Origin: Gammaproteobacteria bacterium
GTDB taxonomy: Bacteria; Pseudomonadota; Gammaproteobacteria; Natronospirales; JAIVGZ01
NCBI GenBank assembly: GCA_040882865.1
Contig: JBBEAN010000015.1
Span: 40,779 to 104,778, forward strand
Direction: 5' to 3'
Length of the DNA: 64,000 nt
Position 1 is the stretch's first letter, and each line of letters starts with the position of its first letter. Under the pieces are notes generated by a model. The model did no database searches. It was not told where the DNA came from and saw only the letters and a program-made list of their open reading frames with translations. The translations under genes and the position numbers were made by a program. This document shows positions 48,995 to 56,050 of this stretch, in pieces.

Positions 48995-49013
48995 TCGAAC
49001 TGAGGAGCACGAA

Positions 49014-49454
49014 TCAAACCCTAGGACACACCGTGCAAACGAAAAAGGGCCCCGTTGGGACCCTATTCCGTTTGCTTGGCGCGCCCGGAGAGATTCGAAC
49101 TCCCGACCGCCTGGTTCGTAGGCAGAGAGTGAGATCGTAACTAACTGTTTTTAAAAGCCACGTTCGTGGGGCGCCCATTGCAAATCCCCGCAACGGACTG
49201 CAACAGGCTGCAACGCATCCCCACAAATCCCCCACATCGAAAGTGGTACTGATTACGGGGGGAAGGTCAACGTTAGGATCGTGGAACTCGGTCCGTTCGA
49301 AACGTTCGGGCTTAGTCGGAAGCTGTCGCGAGCGCCACTCGATGGTTGGAGACTCTACAAGTTCGGAAGCGGTGGCGGGAAGTGGCGTCCCAACGGCACT
49401 TCCCGGAAGTATGGATGAGAAAATCAATAATGATAAAAGCCAAGCGCGATTCAT
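49014..49454 (-). CDS. hypothetical small secreted protein; 3' end unreliable
   Basis: ATG 49454 is 7 nt after SD GGAGGG. Signal peptide MNRAWLLSLLIFSSILPGSAVG. After ~69 codons the frame runs through the island arm and the att repeat, so the native C-terminus is probably lost. Confidence 0.35.
   Translation of the reverse strand: MNRAWLLSLLIFSSILPGSAVGTPLPATASELVESPTIEWRSRQLPTKPERFERTEFHDPNVDLPPVISTTFDVGDLWGCVAACCSPLRGFAMGAPRTWLLKTVSYDLTLCLRTRRSGVRISPGAPSKRNRVPTGPFFVCTVCPRV
49042..49063 (-). terminator. rho-independent terminator downstream of the displaced tRNA-Arg 3' half
   Basis: On the minus strand GGGTCCC-AAC-GGGGCCC followed by TTTTT, 14 nt after the CCA end of the 49077-49121 copy. 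Confidence 0.6.
49077..49121. repeat. 45-nt copy of the tRNA-Arg 3' half (anticodon loop to CCA), att site between islets
   Basis: Identical to 50283-50327. Identity ends inside the anticodon loop. Confidence 0.85.
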
Positions 49455-49829
49455 GCGAATCCCTCCATGGTGGGTGGTACTCCGTACGAGCGACCGTATT
49501 TATCCTGTGGCTCCTTAGGGGAAACCATTACCCCACCTGCTGTCAAGGGGAATCGGTCCCAAAGTTTGTCCGTCAACGCACACTACGATCTCTCAACGCG
49601 TCAAAATTTCTCCTTGGAAGACGCGATAGTCGAAAACTCAGCTCTGAAGAATCTGCTCTCTAAAAAATGTAACGCCCGCGGTTGCCGGCAAACGTCGGAA
49701 AATGTGGTTCTATCGCGTTTGACCCAACTCGCTACCTCAACGGTGAGCGTGCAATATGCGCCGCCAATGACTTCATCGCTGGCGCGCGTGAAACGTACGT
49801 CGTGAAAAAGTAGCAGCGTTGCGGGCTGA

Positions 49830-50108
49830 TTAGGCGGCGCGACGAACTTTGAGATCGACGCGAAGCCCGGCCCTACTTGCGATATTCACGAGCGCGTCGA
49901 TACTGAATTTTTCAATTCGACCTCGAAGTAAATCGTTCAACCTAGGCTGAGTAATTCCAAGCGCCTCGGCTTTCGCTTCCTGTGTACCTTTGTTGCGTTC
50001 GACGCTCTTCTGCAATGCAATCATGAGCTCTGCCCGCGCCCGCATATTCGCTGCGTCTTCTTGGGTGTTTTCCAACGCATCCCAGACACTTTTGTGCTTC
50101 CTACCCAT
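49830..50108 (-). CDS. XRE-family HTH protein, HigA/HTH_37-like antitoxin without partner
   Basis: 92 aa: ..SVWDALENTQEDAANMRARAELMIAL..AEALGITQPRLNDLLRGRIEKFSIDALVNIASRAGLRV.. SD GAGG. Confidence 0.75.
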   Translation of the reverse strand: MGRKHKSVWDALENTQEDAANMRARAELMIALQKSVERNKGTQEAKAEALGITQPRLNDLLRGRIEKFSIDALVNIASRAGLRVDLKVRRAA

Positions 50109-50150
50109 ATCGCCTCGTTACCTCAAACATCGAATTCTTGGACGGGACTG

Positions 50151-50170
50151 ATTATATCCAATATGATATA
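50151..50170 (-). promoter_or_regulatory. promoter/operator of the XRE gene
   Basis: Inverted repeat TATATC-CAATAT-GATATA (50153-50170), overlapping a minus-strand TATAAT (50151-50156), ~45 nt upstream of the start codon. Confidence 0.45.
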
Positions 50171-50282
50171 GACGATGCGCGGCCGAGCGCAGATGGCTTG
50201 AAGTTTTTGTGGGGATCCCCGCAGAATCCCCACAGTGTGACGTGGGGACTTGCGGGTGAATTCACGTAACAACTTGATTTAA

Positions 50283-50359
50283 TGGCGCGCCCGGAGAGAT
50301 TCGAACTCCCGACCGCCTGGTTCGTAGCCAGGTACTCTATCCAACTGAGCTACGGGCGC
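50283..50359 (-). tRNA. tRNA-Arg (anticodon ACG)
   Basis: Minus strand GCGCCCGTAGCTCAGTTGGATAGAGTACCTGGCTACGAACCAGGCGGTCGGGAGTTCGAATCTCTCCGGGCGCGCCA. Cloverleaf is readable by eye and CCA is encoded. Confidence 0.95.
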
Positions 50360-50373
50360 ATTGCGAGGGGCGG

Positions 50374-50403
50374 ATTATCGTCAATGCCGGTACGCTGGGT
50401 CAA
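50374..50403 (-). promoter_or_regulatory. candidate tRNA-Arg promoter
   Basis: Minus strand TTGACC (50403-50398), 18-nt spacer, GATAAT (50379-50374), GC-rich discriminator, 14 nt before the tRNA 5' end. Confidence 0.5.
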
Positions 50404-50425
50404 GGAAGCGGGTAATCTATTCGAC

Positions 50426-51190
50426 ATGACCAGACCGATATTGCTCGTTATTTTCGCCGCCTTCGTTGTGGCCTGTGCAACCTCACCGACCGGGCGCAGC
50501 CAGCTGATGCTGGTTTCGGGGTCACAAATGGCGGAAATGGGCGCCGCGGCCTTCGCGCAGATAAAGGAGCAGCAACCGATTTCCCGCGATGCACGCGCCC
50601 GCGCTTACGTCCATTGCGTCACGAACGCGCTCACGGCGGCGATTGCGTCGGAACAGCGGTGGGAAGTCGAGCTGTTCGAGGATGAGTCCGCGAACGCCTT
50701 CGCCCTACCGGGAGGCCACATCGGTGTCCACACTGGCCTGCTCGCCGTCGCGAAGACCGACAGTCAGCTCGCTGCGGTAATCGGTCACGAAATCGCCCAC
50801 GTCGTCGCGCAGCACTCCGCCGCCCAGGTTTCGAACCAGATGGCGACGCAGCTCGGTGTGCAGGCGCTTGCCGGTGCGTCGGGCATGAGCCCGGAGCTCA
50901 TCGGGATGGGTGCAAACCTGTTGCTGGTGATGCCCTACGGTCGCCGCGATGAGTCGGAAGCGGACAGGCTCGGGCTGACTTACATGGCCGAAGCAGGGTT
51001 CGATCCGCGCGATGCTGTCGCGTTGTGGCACAACATGAGCGCACAGGGCGGTTCGCGAAGCGCCGAATTCCTGTCGACGCATCCGTCACCGGAATCACGG
51101 ATCACGGAATTGGAGGCGCGGATGCCGACGGTGTTGCCGCTGTACGAATCGGCGCGCTCGCAGGGGCGGCGGCCAAGCTGCAGCCGGTAA
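50426..51190 (+). CDS. M48-family zinc metallopeptidase lipoprotein
   Basis: Start moved to ATG 50426, because the longer ORF runs antisense through the tRNA. Lipobox FVVAC. HEIAH zinc motif and downstream ESEAD. Confidence 0.85.
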   Translation: MTRPILLVIFAAFVVACATSPTGRSQLMLVSGSQMAEMGAAAFAQIKEQQPISRDARARAYVHCVTNALTAAIASEQRWEVELFEDESANAFALPGGHIGVHTGLLAVAKTDSQLAAVIGHEIAHVVAQHSAAQVSNQMATQLGVQALAGASGMSPELIGMGANLLLVMPYGRRDESEADRLGLTYMAEAGFDPRDAVALWHNMSAQGGSRSAEFLSTHPSPESRITELEARMPTVLPLYESARSQGRRPSCSR

Positions 51191-51193
51191 CCT

Positions 51194-51242
51194 TTCGAAT
51201 CCGGATAGCACTGCGTTCTGAATTGGCGGAGAGGGAGGGATT
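51194..51242. repeat. 49-bp direct repeat, distal copy (30 nt tRNA-Ser downstream flank + last 19 nt of tRNA-Ser)
   Basis: TTCGAATCCGGATAGCACTGCGTTCTGAATTGGCGGAGAGGGAGGGATT, identical to 51334-51382. Confidence 0.85.
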
Positions 51243-51306
51243 ACTCGCCGCCTTCGGCGGCTCGCCCTACGGGCCAGCTTCGCTGTTCACCGGGCTCCGC
51301 CCGGTG
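51243..51306. mobile_element. hairpin-rich miniature insertion in the T-loop position of a tRNA-Ser fragment
   Basis: ACTCGCCGCCTTCGGCGGCTCGCCCTACGGGCC...CGGGCTCCGCCCGGTG. tRNA sequence resumes as TCGAACCC at 51307-51314. Confidence 0.5.
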
Positions 51307-51363
51307 TCGAACCCGCATCTTTTATATCGAGGGTTCGAATCCGGATAGCACTGCGTTCTGAAT

Positions 51364-51455
51364 TGGCGGAGAGGGAGGGATTCGAACCCTCGATAGGGGA
51401 TAAACCCTATACTCCCTTAGCAGGGGAGCGCCTTCGACCACTCGGCCACCTCTCC
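51364..51455 (-). tRNA. tRNA-Ser (anticodon GCU), long variable arm
   Basis: Minus strand GGAGAGGTGGCCGAGTGGTCGAAGGCGCTCCCCTGCTAAGGGAGTATAGGGTTTATCCCCTATCGAGGGTTCGAATCCCTCCCTCTCCGCCA. Confidence 0.95.
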
Positions 51456-51465
51456 AAAGGCGGGC

Positions 51466-51471
51466 ATTATA
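51466..51471 (-). promoter_or_regulatory. -10-like box for tRNA-Ser just downstream of the csrA stop codon
   Basis: Minus strand TATAAT followed by a GC-rich discriminator (GCCCGCC), 10 nt before the tRNA 5' end. No convincing -35. Confidence 0.3.
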
Positions 51472-51473
51472 GC

Positions 51474-51662
51474 CTAGCCCGTCTCGCCTGCGCCTTCCTG
51501 CTCGCGCTTGATTCGCTCGTAAATTTCCTCGCGATGAACCGCGACTTCCTTTGGCGCGTTGACGCCGATGCGGACCTGGTTACCCTTGACGCCGAGCACC
51601 GTGACCGTCACTTCGTCGCCGACCATTACCGTCTCCCCGACTCGCCTTGTCAAAATCAGCAT
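51474..51662 (-). CDS. csrA: carbon storage regulator CsrA/RsmA
   Basis: Start moved to ATG 51662 ([48 protein letters not shown]), SD AAGGAGAAGG. Confidence 0.95.
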   Translation of the reverse strand: MLILTRRVGETVMVGDEVTVTVLGVKGNQVRIGVNAPKEVAVHREEIYERIKREQEGAGETG

Positions 51663-51705
51663 TGTCCTTCTCCTTGCGCTCAATCACTGTAATTTCTTCT
51701 TATTG

Positions 51706-52923
51706 TTATTGTTTTGCGAGACCGAAGGCCTCGTGCAACGCTCGAACGCCGAGTTCGAGATACTTCTCGTCGACGGCGACGGAAATCTTGATCTCCGACG
51801 TCGAGACGAGGTTGACGTTGATGCCCTCGCGCGCCAACACCCCGAACATCCGGCTCGCGATGCCCGCGTGCGACCTCATCCCGACGCCGACCAGCGAGAT
51901 TTTCGCAATCCGTTCGCTTCCAACCACTCTCTGCCCACCGATGCCGGCCAGATTGCGCTCCAGTATCGCACGAGCGGGCTGAAAGTCCGTACGATGAACC
52001 GTAAAGGTCAGGTCCGTCAAACCCTCGCGGGGTACATTCTGGACAATCATGTCGACTTCGATGTTCGCATCCGAGATTGGACCCAGAATGAGGTAAGCCG
52101 CGCCGGGCGCGTCCGTGACGCCCACCACCGTGAGCATGGCCTCGTCCCGGTGGTGTGCGATTCCCGCAATTTTCGCCGATTCCAGCATCTGGTCCTCGCC
52201 CGTAATCAAGGTGCCGGGGCCTTCGACGAAGCTCGACAGGACCCGGATCGGTACATCGTACTTGCTCGCGAACTCCACGGAGCGGATTTGAAGGACTTTC
52301 GAGCCGAGGCTCGCAAGCTCCAGCATTTCCTCGTAGGTCAGCGTATCCAGTCGTCGCGCGTCAGGCACGATGCGTGGGTCCGCAGTATAGACCCCGTCGA
52401 CGTCTGTATAGATTTGACACTCGGCCGCACCGAGCGCACTGGCAAGCGCGACAGCGGTGGTGTCCGACCCACCGCGACCGAGCGTGGTCACGCTTGCGTC
52501 GTCCGCGATGCCCTGGAAACCGGTCACAACCGGCACCCCCCCATCGGCGAGTTCCGCGCGCAGCGCGTCAACGCCAACCTCGCGAATGCGTGCTTTCTGG
52601 TACTTGTCGTCGGTTCGCAGTGGCAGTTGCGATGCGTTCAGCGAGCGCGCGCGGCAGCCGCGTTTGGCGAGCGCAATCGCGAGCAAGGCGGCGCTGACTT
52701 GTTCGCCGGTCGCGGCGGCAGCCGCGCGTTCGCGCGGCGCCGCGTCCGGGTCGACCGCGTGTGCGAGTGCCAGCAGTCGATCCGTCTCCCCCGCCATCGC
52801 GGAAACGACCGCGACGATGTCGTCGCCGGCGGAACGCGCTCGGACAATGCGGTCCGCGACCTCGCCGATGCGGGCAACGTCCGCGACGGAGGTGCCGCCG
52901 AATTTTTGGACAAGAAGGGTCAA
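51706..52923 (-). CDS. lysC: aspartate kinase
   Basis: (M)TLLVQKFGGTSV.., two C-terminal ACT domains. TTG start with no SD, 4 nt from a REP copy. Confidence 0.9.
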   Translation of the reverse strand: MTLLVQKFGGTSVADVARIGEVADRIVRARSAGDDIVAVVSAMAGETDRLLALAHAVDPDAAPRERAAAAATGEQVSAALLAIALAKRGCRARSLNASQLPLRTDDKYQKARIREVGVDALRAELADGGVPVVTGFQGIADDASVTTLGRGGSDTTAVALASALGAAECQIYTDVDGVYTADPRIVPDARRLDTLTYEEMLELASLGSKVLQIRSVEFASKYDVPIRVLSSFVEGPGTLITGEDQMLESAKIAGIAHHRDEAMLTVVGVTDAPGAAYLILGPISDANIEVDMIVQNVPREGLTDLTFTVHRTDFQPARAILERNLAGIGGQRVVGSERIAKISLVGVGMRSHAGIASRMFGVLAREGINVNLVSTSEIKISVAVDEKYLELGVRALHEAFGLAKQ

Positions 52924-52926
52924 AAG

Positions 52927-52955
52927 AATCGCGACGCCGAGAGCGTCGCTCCCAC
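52927..52955 (-). repeat. REP-like element (variant stem)
   Basis: Minus strand GTGGGAGCGACGC-TCTCG-GCGTCGCGATT, followed by TCTTTT. It could double as the alaS terminator. Confidence 0.65.
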
Positions 52956-52978
52956 GCGCAAAGGCGCCGCTCCAACAG
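52956..52978 (-). repeat. truncated REP-like element abutting the previous copy
   Basis: Minus strand CTGTTGGAGCGGCGC-CTTT-GCGC. The 3' stem half is replaced by the next REP head. Confidence 0.5.
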
Positions 52979-52984
52979 TGGTAT

Positions 52985-55606
52985 TCATAGCGACTTGGAA
53001 ACCCACGCGGCGACGGAGGCGAGCGCAGCGTCGAGCTTGTCGGGATTGCTGCCGCCTGCCTGCGCGAAATCCGCGCGGCCGCCGCCCTTGCCGCCGACTT
53101 GCTCGGCGACGTGGCGCACGAGGTTGCCGGCTGACACGCGGCCCGTCCGGTCCGGGGTGACCCCGGCCGCGAGTGCGACTTTTCCGTCGTTCACCGAACC
53201 GAGCACGACCACCGCCGACTTCAGCTTGTCCTTGAGCCGGTCGACCGAGTCGCGCAGGGCTTTCGCGTCGAGACCATCGACGCGTGCTGCGAGCACCTGC
53301 GTATCGCCGACCGTGACGGCCTGCGACGCAAGGTCCGCGCCCTGCCCTGACGCGAGCCGCGCCCGGAGCTGGTCGAGTTCACGCTCGAGGCGTCGGCTGC
53401 GTTCCAGCGCCTGCGTGACACGGTCCTCGATGCCGTCGCGGCCGGTTTTCAGCAACGCGCCGACACGGCCGAGCAACGCTTCCTGCTGCGCAATCCAATC
53501 GAGCGCCCCGGCGCCCGTGACGGCTTCAATCCGTCGCACGCCCGAAGAAATACCGGTCTCGCCCGTAATCTTGAACACGCCGATGTCACCGGTGCGGCGC
53601 ACATGCGTGCCACCGCAGAGTTCGGTCGAGAAGTCGCCGAACTTGAGCACGCGCACGCGCTCGCCGTATTTCTCGCCGAACAGCGCAATCGCGCCGGCCT
53701 CCATTGCCTCGTCCATGTTCATCTCGCGCACGTCGGCATCGGCGTTGCGGCGGATTTCCGTGTTCACGAGCCGCTCGACCGCCATGAGTTCGTCGGTGGT
53801 CATCGGTTGCGGGTGCGAGAAATCGAAGCGCAGGCGATCGGGTGCGACGAGCGAGCCCCTCTGCTGCACGTGCGTGCCGAGCACCTCCCGAAGTGCCGCG
53901 TGCAACAGGTGGGTCGCGGAATGGTTGAGTCGGATTGCGTGGCGACGCTCGGCATCGATGCGGGCCGCTACGGCCTTACCAACCGAAAGCGTTCCGCGCG
54001 TGACGCGGCCGAGATGGAGGTGCGCGTGCTGGCTATGCTTGCGCGTGTCTTCGACTTCAAACTCGCCGTCGGTATTGCCGAGCGCGCCGGTATCCCCGAC
54101 TTGACCGCCGGATTCGGCATAGAACGGCGACCGATCGAGCGCGACCATGCCCTGCTCGCCCTCAGACAGCGTATCGACGCGCTCGCTGTCGCGGAACAGC
54201 GCGACGATGCGCGCGTCGCCCTCGTGGTGTTCGTAGCCGGTGAAGTCCGTCGGGTCATCGAGTTCGATCCGCGAATAATCCCCAGCGAACTGGCTCGCGG
54301 CGCGGCCGCGCTCCCGTTGCGCGTCCATCGCACGCTCGAAGCCCGCCTCGTCGAGTGTGAGACCGCGTTCGCGCGCGATGTCCGCGGTCAGGTCGACCGG
54401 AAAGCCGTAAGTGTCGTAAAGCTTGAAGACCGTTTCACCGGGGATCTCAGCGCGCTCCATGCCGTCGATGACGCCATCCAGGATGGTCATACCCTGACTG
54501 AGGGTTTCGGCGAATCGCTGCTCCTCGGCGAGCAATGCCTCCTCAACACGTGTGCGCGATGCCTGCAGCTCCGGATAGGCGTCGCCCATCAGCGCGTCGA
54601 GCGCGCCGACCAGCGTATGGAAGAAGGGCTTGCCTTGGCCGAGCTTGTGCCCATGACGCACTGCGCGCCGGATGATGCGGCGCAGAACGTAGCCGCGCCC
54701 TTCGTTCGACGGCAGTACGCCGTCGACGACGAGAAAGCTGCACGCGCGGATGTGATCGGCGATGACGCGCAGCGACGGCGAGTCCCGATCGGTCGTACCG
54801 ACGGCCGTCTGCGCCGCCTCGACCAACGCCTTCAAGACGTCGGTATCGTAATTCGAGTGCACGCGCTGCATGACGGCAGCGAGGCGTTCGAGGCCCATAC
54901 CGGTGTCGACGGATGGTTTCGGAAGTGGATGCATCGTGCCGTCGCCGTCGCGCTCGAATTGCATGAATACGAGGTTCCAGATTTCGACGTAGCGGTCGCC
55001 GTCGGCCTCTGCCGAACCCGGCGGGCCGCCGGCGACGTCGGCGCCATGGTCGTAGAAAATCTCGGTGCACGGACCGCACGGGCCGGTCTCGCCCATTTGC
55101 CAGAAGTTGTCCGACCCGCCGTCGGGGTTGTCGCCGATGCGGATGCAACGCTCGCGCGGCACACCGATCTCGTCCGTCCAGATTGTGTACGCCTCATCGT
55201 CGGTCTCATACACCGTGATCCACAGGCGTTCGGGGTCGAGCCCAAGCTCATCGGTGAGGAACGCCCACGCGTAGCGGATTGCGTCCTGCTTGAAGTAATC
55301 GCCGAAGCTGAAGTTACCCAGCATCTCGAAGAACGTATGGTGGCGCGCGGTGTATCCGACGTTATCGAGGTCGTTGTGTTTACCGCCCGCGCGTACGCAA
55401 CGTTGCGCGCTCGCAGCGCGCGGCGCCGGTGGCTGCTCGCGGCCAACGAACATGTCCTTGAACTGCACCATGCCGGCGTTCGTGAACAACAGCGTTGCGT
55501 CATTTGCAGGAACGAGCGGGCTCGATGCGACGACGCGGTGGCCGCGGTCACGGAAGAACTCGAGGAAACGGCGGCGGAGCGCCGCGCTGCTGTGTTGGTT
55601 GCTCAT
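52985..55606 (-). CDS. alaS: alanine--tRNA ligase
   Basis: Start moved to ATG 55606 ([23 protein letters not shown]..), 873 aa. ATGA overlap with the recX stop. Confidence 0.95.
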   Translation of the reverse strand: MSNQHSSAALRRRFLEFFRDRGHRVVASSPLVPANDATLLFTNAGMVQFKDMFVGREQPPAPRAASAQRCVRAGGKHNDLDNVGYTARHHTFFEMLGNFSFGDYFKQDAIRYAWAFLTDELGLDPERLWITVYETDDEAYTIWTDEIGVPRERCIRIGDNPDGGSDNFWQMGETGPCGPCTEIFYDHGADVAGGPPGSAEADGDRYVEIWNLVFMQFERDGDGTMHPLPKPSVDTGMGLERLAAVMQRVHSNYDTDVLKALVEAAQTAVGTTDRDSPSLRVIADHIRACSFLVVDGVLPSNEGRGYVLRRIIRRAVRHGHKLGQGKPFFHTLVGALDALMGDAYPELQASRTRVEEALLAEEQRFAETLSQGMTILDGVIDGMERAEIPGETVFKLYDTYGFPVDLTADIARERGLTLDEAGFERAMDAQRERGRAASQFAGDYSRIELDDPTDFTGYEHHEGDARIVALFRDSERVDTLSEGEQGMVALDRSPFYAESGGQVGDTGALGNTDGEFEVEDTRKHSQHAHLHLGRVTRGTLSVGKAVAARIDAERRHAIRLNHSATHLLHAALREVLGTHVQQRGSLVAPDRLRFDFSHPQPMTTDELMAVERLVNTEIRRNADADVREMNMDEAMEAGAIALFGEKYGERVRVLKFGDFSTELCGGTHVRRTGDIGVFKITGETGISSGVRRIEAVTGAGALDWIAQQEALLGRVGALLKTGRDGIEDRVTQALERSRRLERELDQLRARLASGQGADLASQAVTVGDTQVLAARVDGLDAKALRDSVDRLKDKLKSAVVVLGSVNDGKVALAAGVTPDRTGRVSAGNLVRHVAEQVGGKGGGRADFAQAGGSNPDKLDAALASVAAWVSKSL

Positions 55607-56007
55607 TCTTCGCCGTCCAGTGCGGCCTTGATCTGGTCCCGCGTGAATCCCCGCTGCTCCAGGAAGCGTGCCTGCGCGGCGCGCACCCCCCAATCCGCGG
55701 GCCGTTCGTCGCCGAAACGCCGGCGTCGCTGCTCGCGCGCGAGCTCGAACCAGTCGGCCGCGTCGGCGAGTACGTCCCCTGCGTCGTCGATGCCGCGCCG
55801 CCGCAACTCAACGCCGATTTTCACCGGCCCGTGGCCTCGCGCAATCCGCGAGCGGACGAACGCCTCTGTGAATCGGTGGTCGTCCTGCAGGCCCGCTTCG
55901 GCAAGCGCGCGGACCACGCTGCGCACCGCCGATTCATCGTACCCGCGGCGAACGAGCTTGTCCGTGAGTTCGGCGGACGCGTATTCGCGCCGCGCGAGAT
56001 AGCGCAT
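55603..56007 (-). CDS. recX: recombination regulator RecX
   Basis: ..[19 protein letters not shown].. repeats typical of RecX. Start uncertain: ATG 56007 gives 134 aa. No ATG/GTG/TTG lies between it and the recA stop, only a CTG. Confidence 0.75.
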   Translation of the reverse strand: MRYLARREYASAELTDKLVRRGYDESAVRSVVRALAEAGLQDDHRFTEAFVRSRIARGHGPVKIGVELRRRGIDDAGDVLADAADWFELAREQRRRRFGDERPADWGVRAAQARFLEQRGFTRDQIKAALDGEE

Positions 56008-56050
56008 CGCGACGAGCTCGATGCGCGCCGGATCGGCGCGCTCGTCGAGC

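Larger units (their letters stand above)
49122..50282. mobile_element. islet B: integrase-less island remnant adjacent to the intact tRNA-Arg
   Basis: Flanked by the 45-nt direct repeat. Its arms are homologous to those of islet A. Carries only a small secreted-protein ORF and an orphan XRE gene. Confidence 0.65.

Noticed and set aside
49346-49805. Plus-strand ORFs 49346-49663 and 49467-49805 in islet B, and the start-less minus-strand frame 49600-49829.
   Set aside because: They have no SD and no recognisable motifs, overlap each other, and the minus frame lacks any start codon. They may be gene debris but cannot be supported as features.
44182-50282. Search for an integrase, transposase, CRISPR array or toxin gene in the accessory region.
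   Set aside because: None of the listed ORFs shows tyrosine or serine recombinase, DDE or HUH motifs. There is no spaced direct-repeat array, so no such feature is reported.
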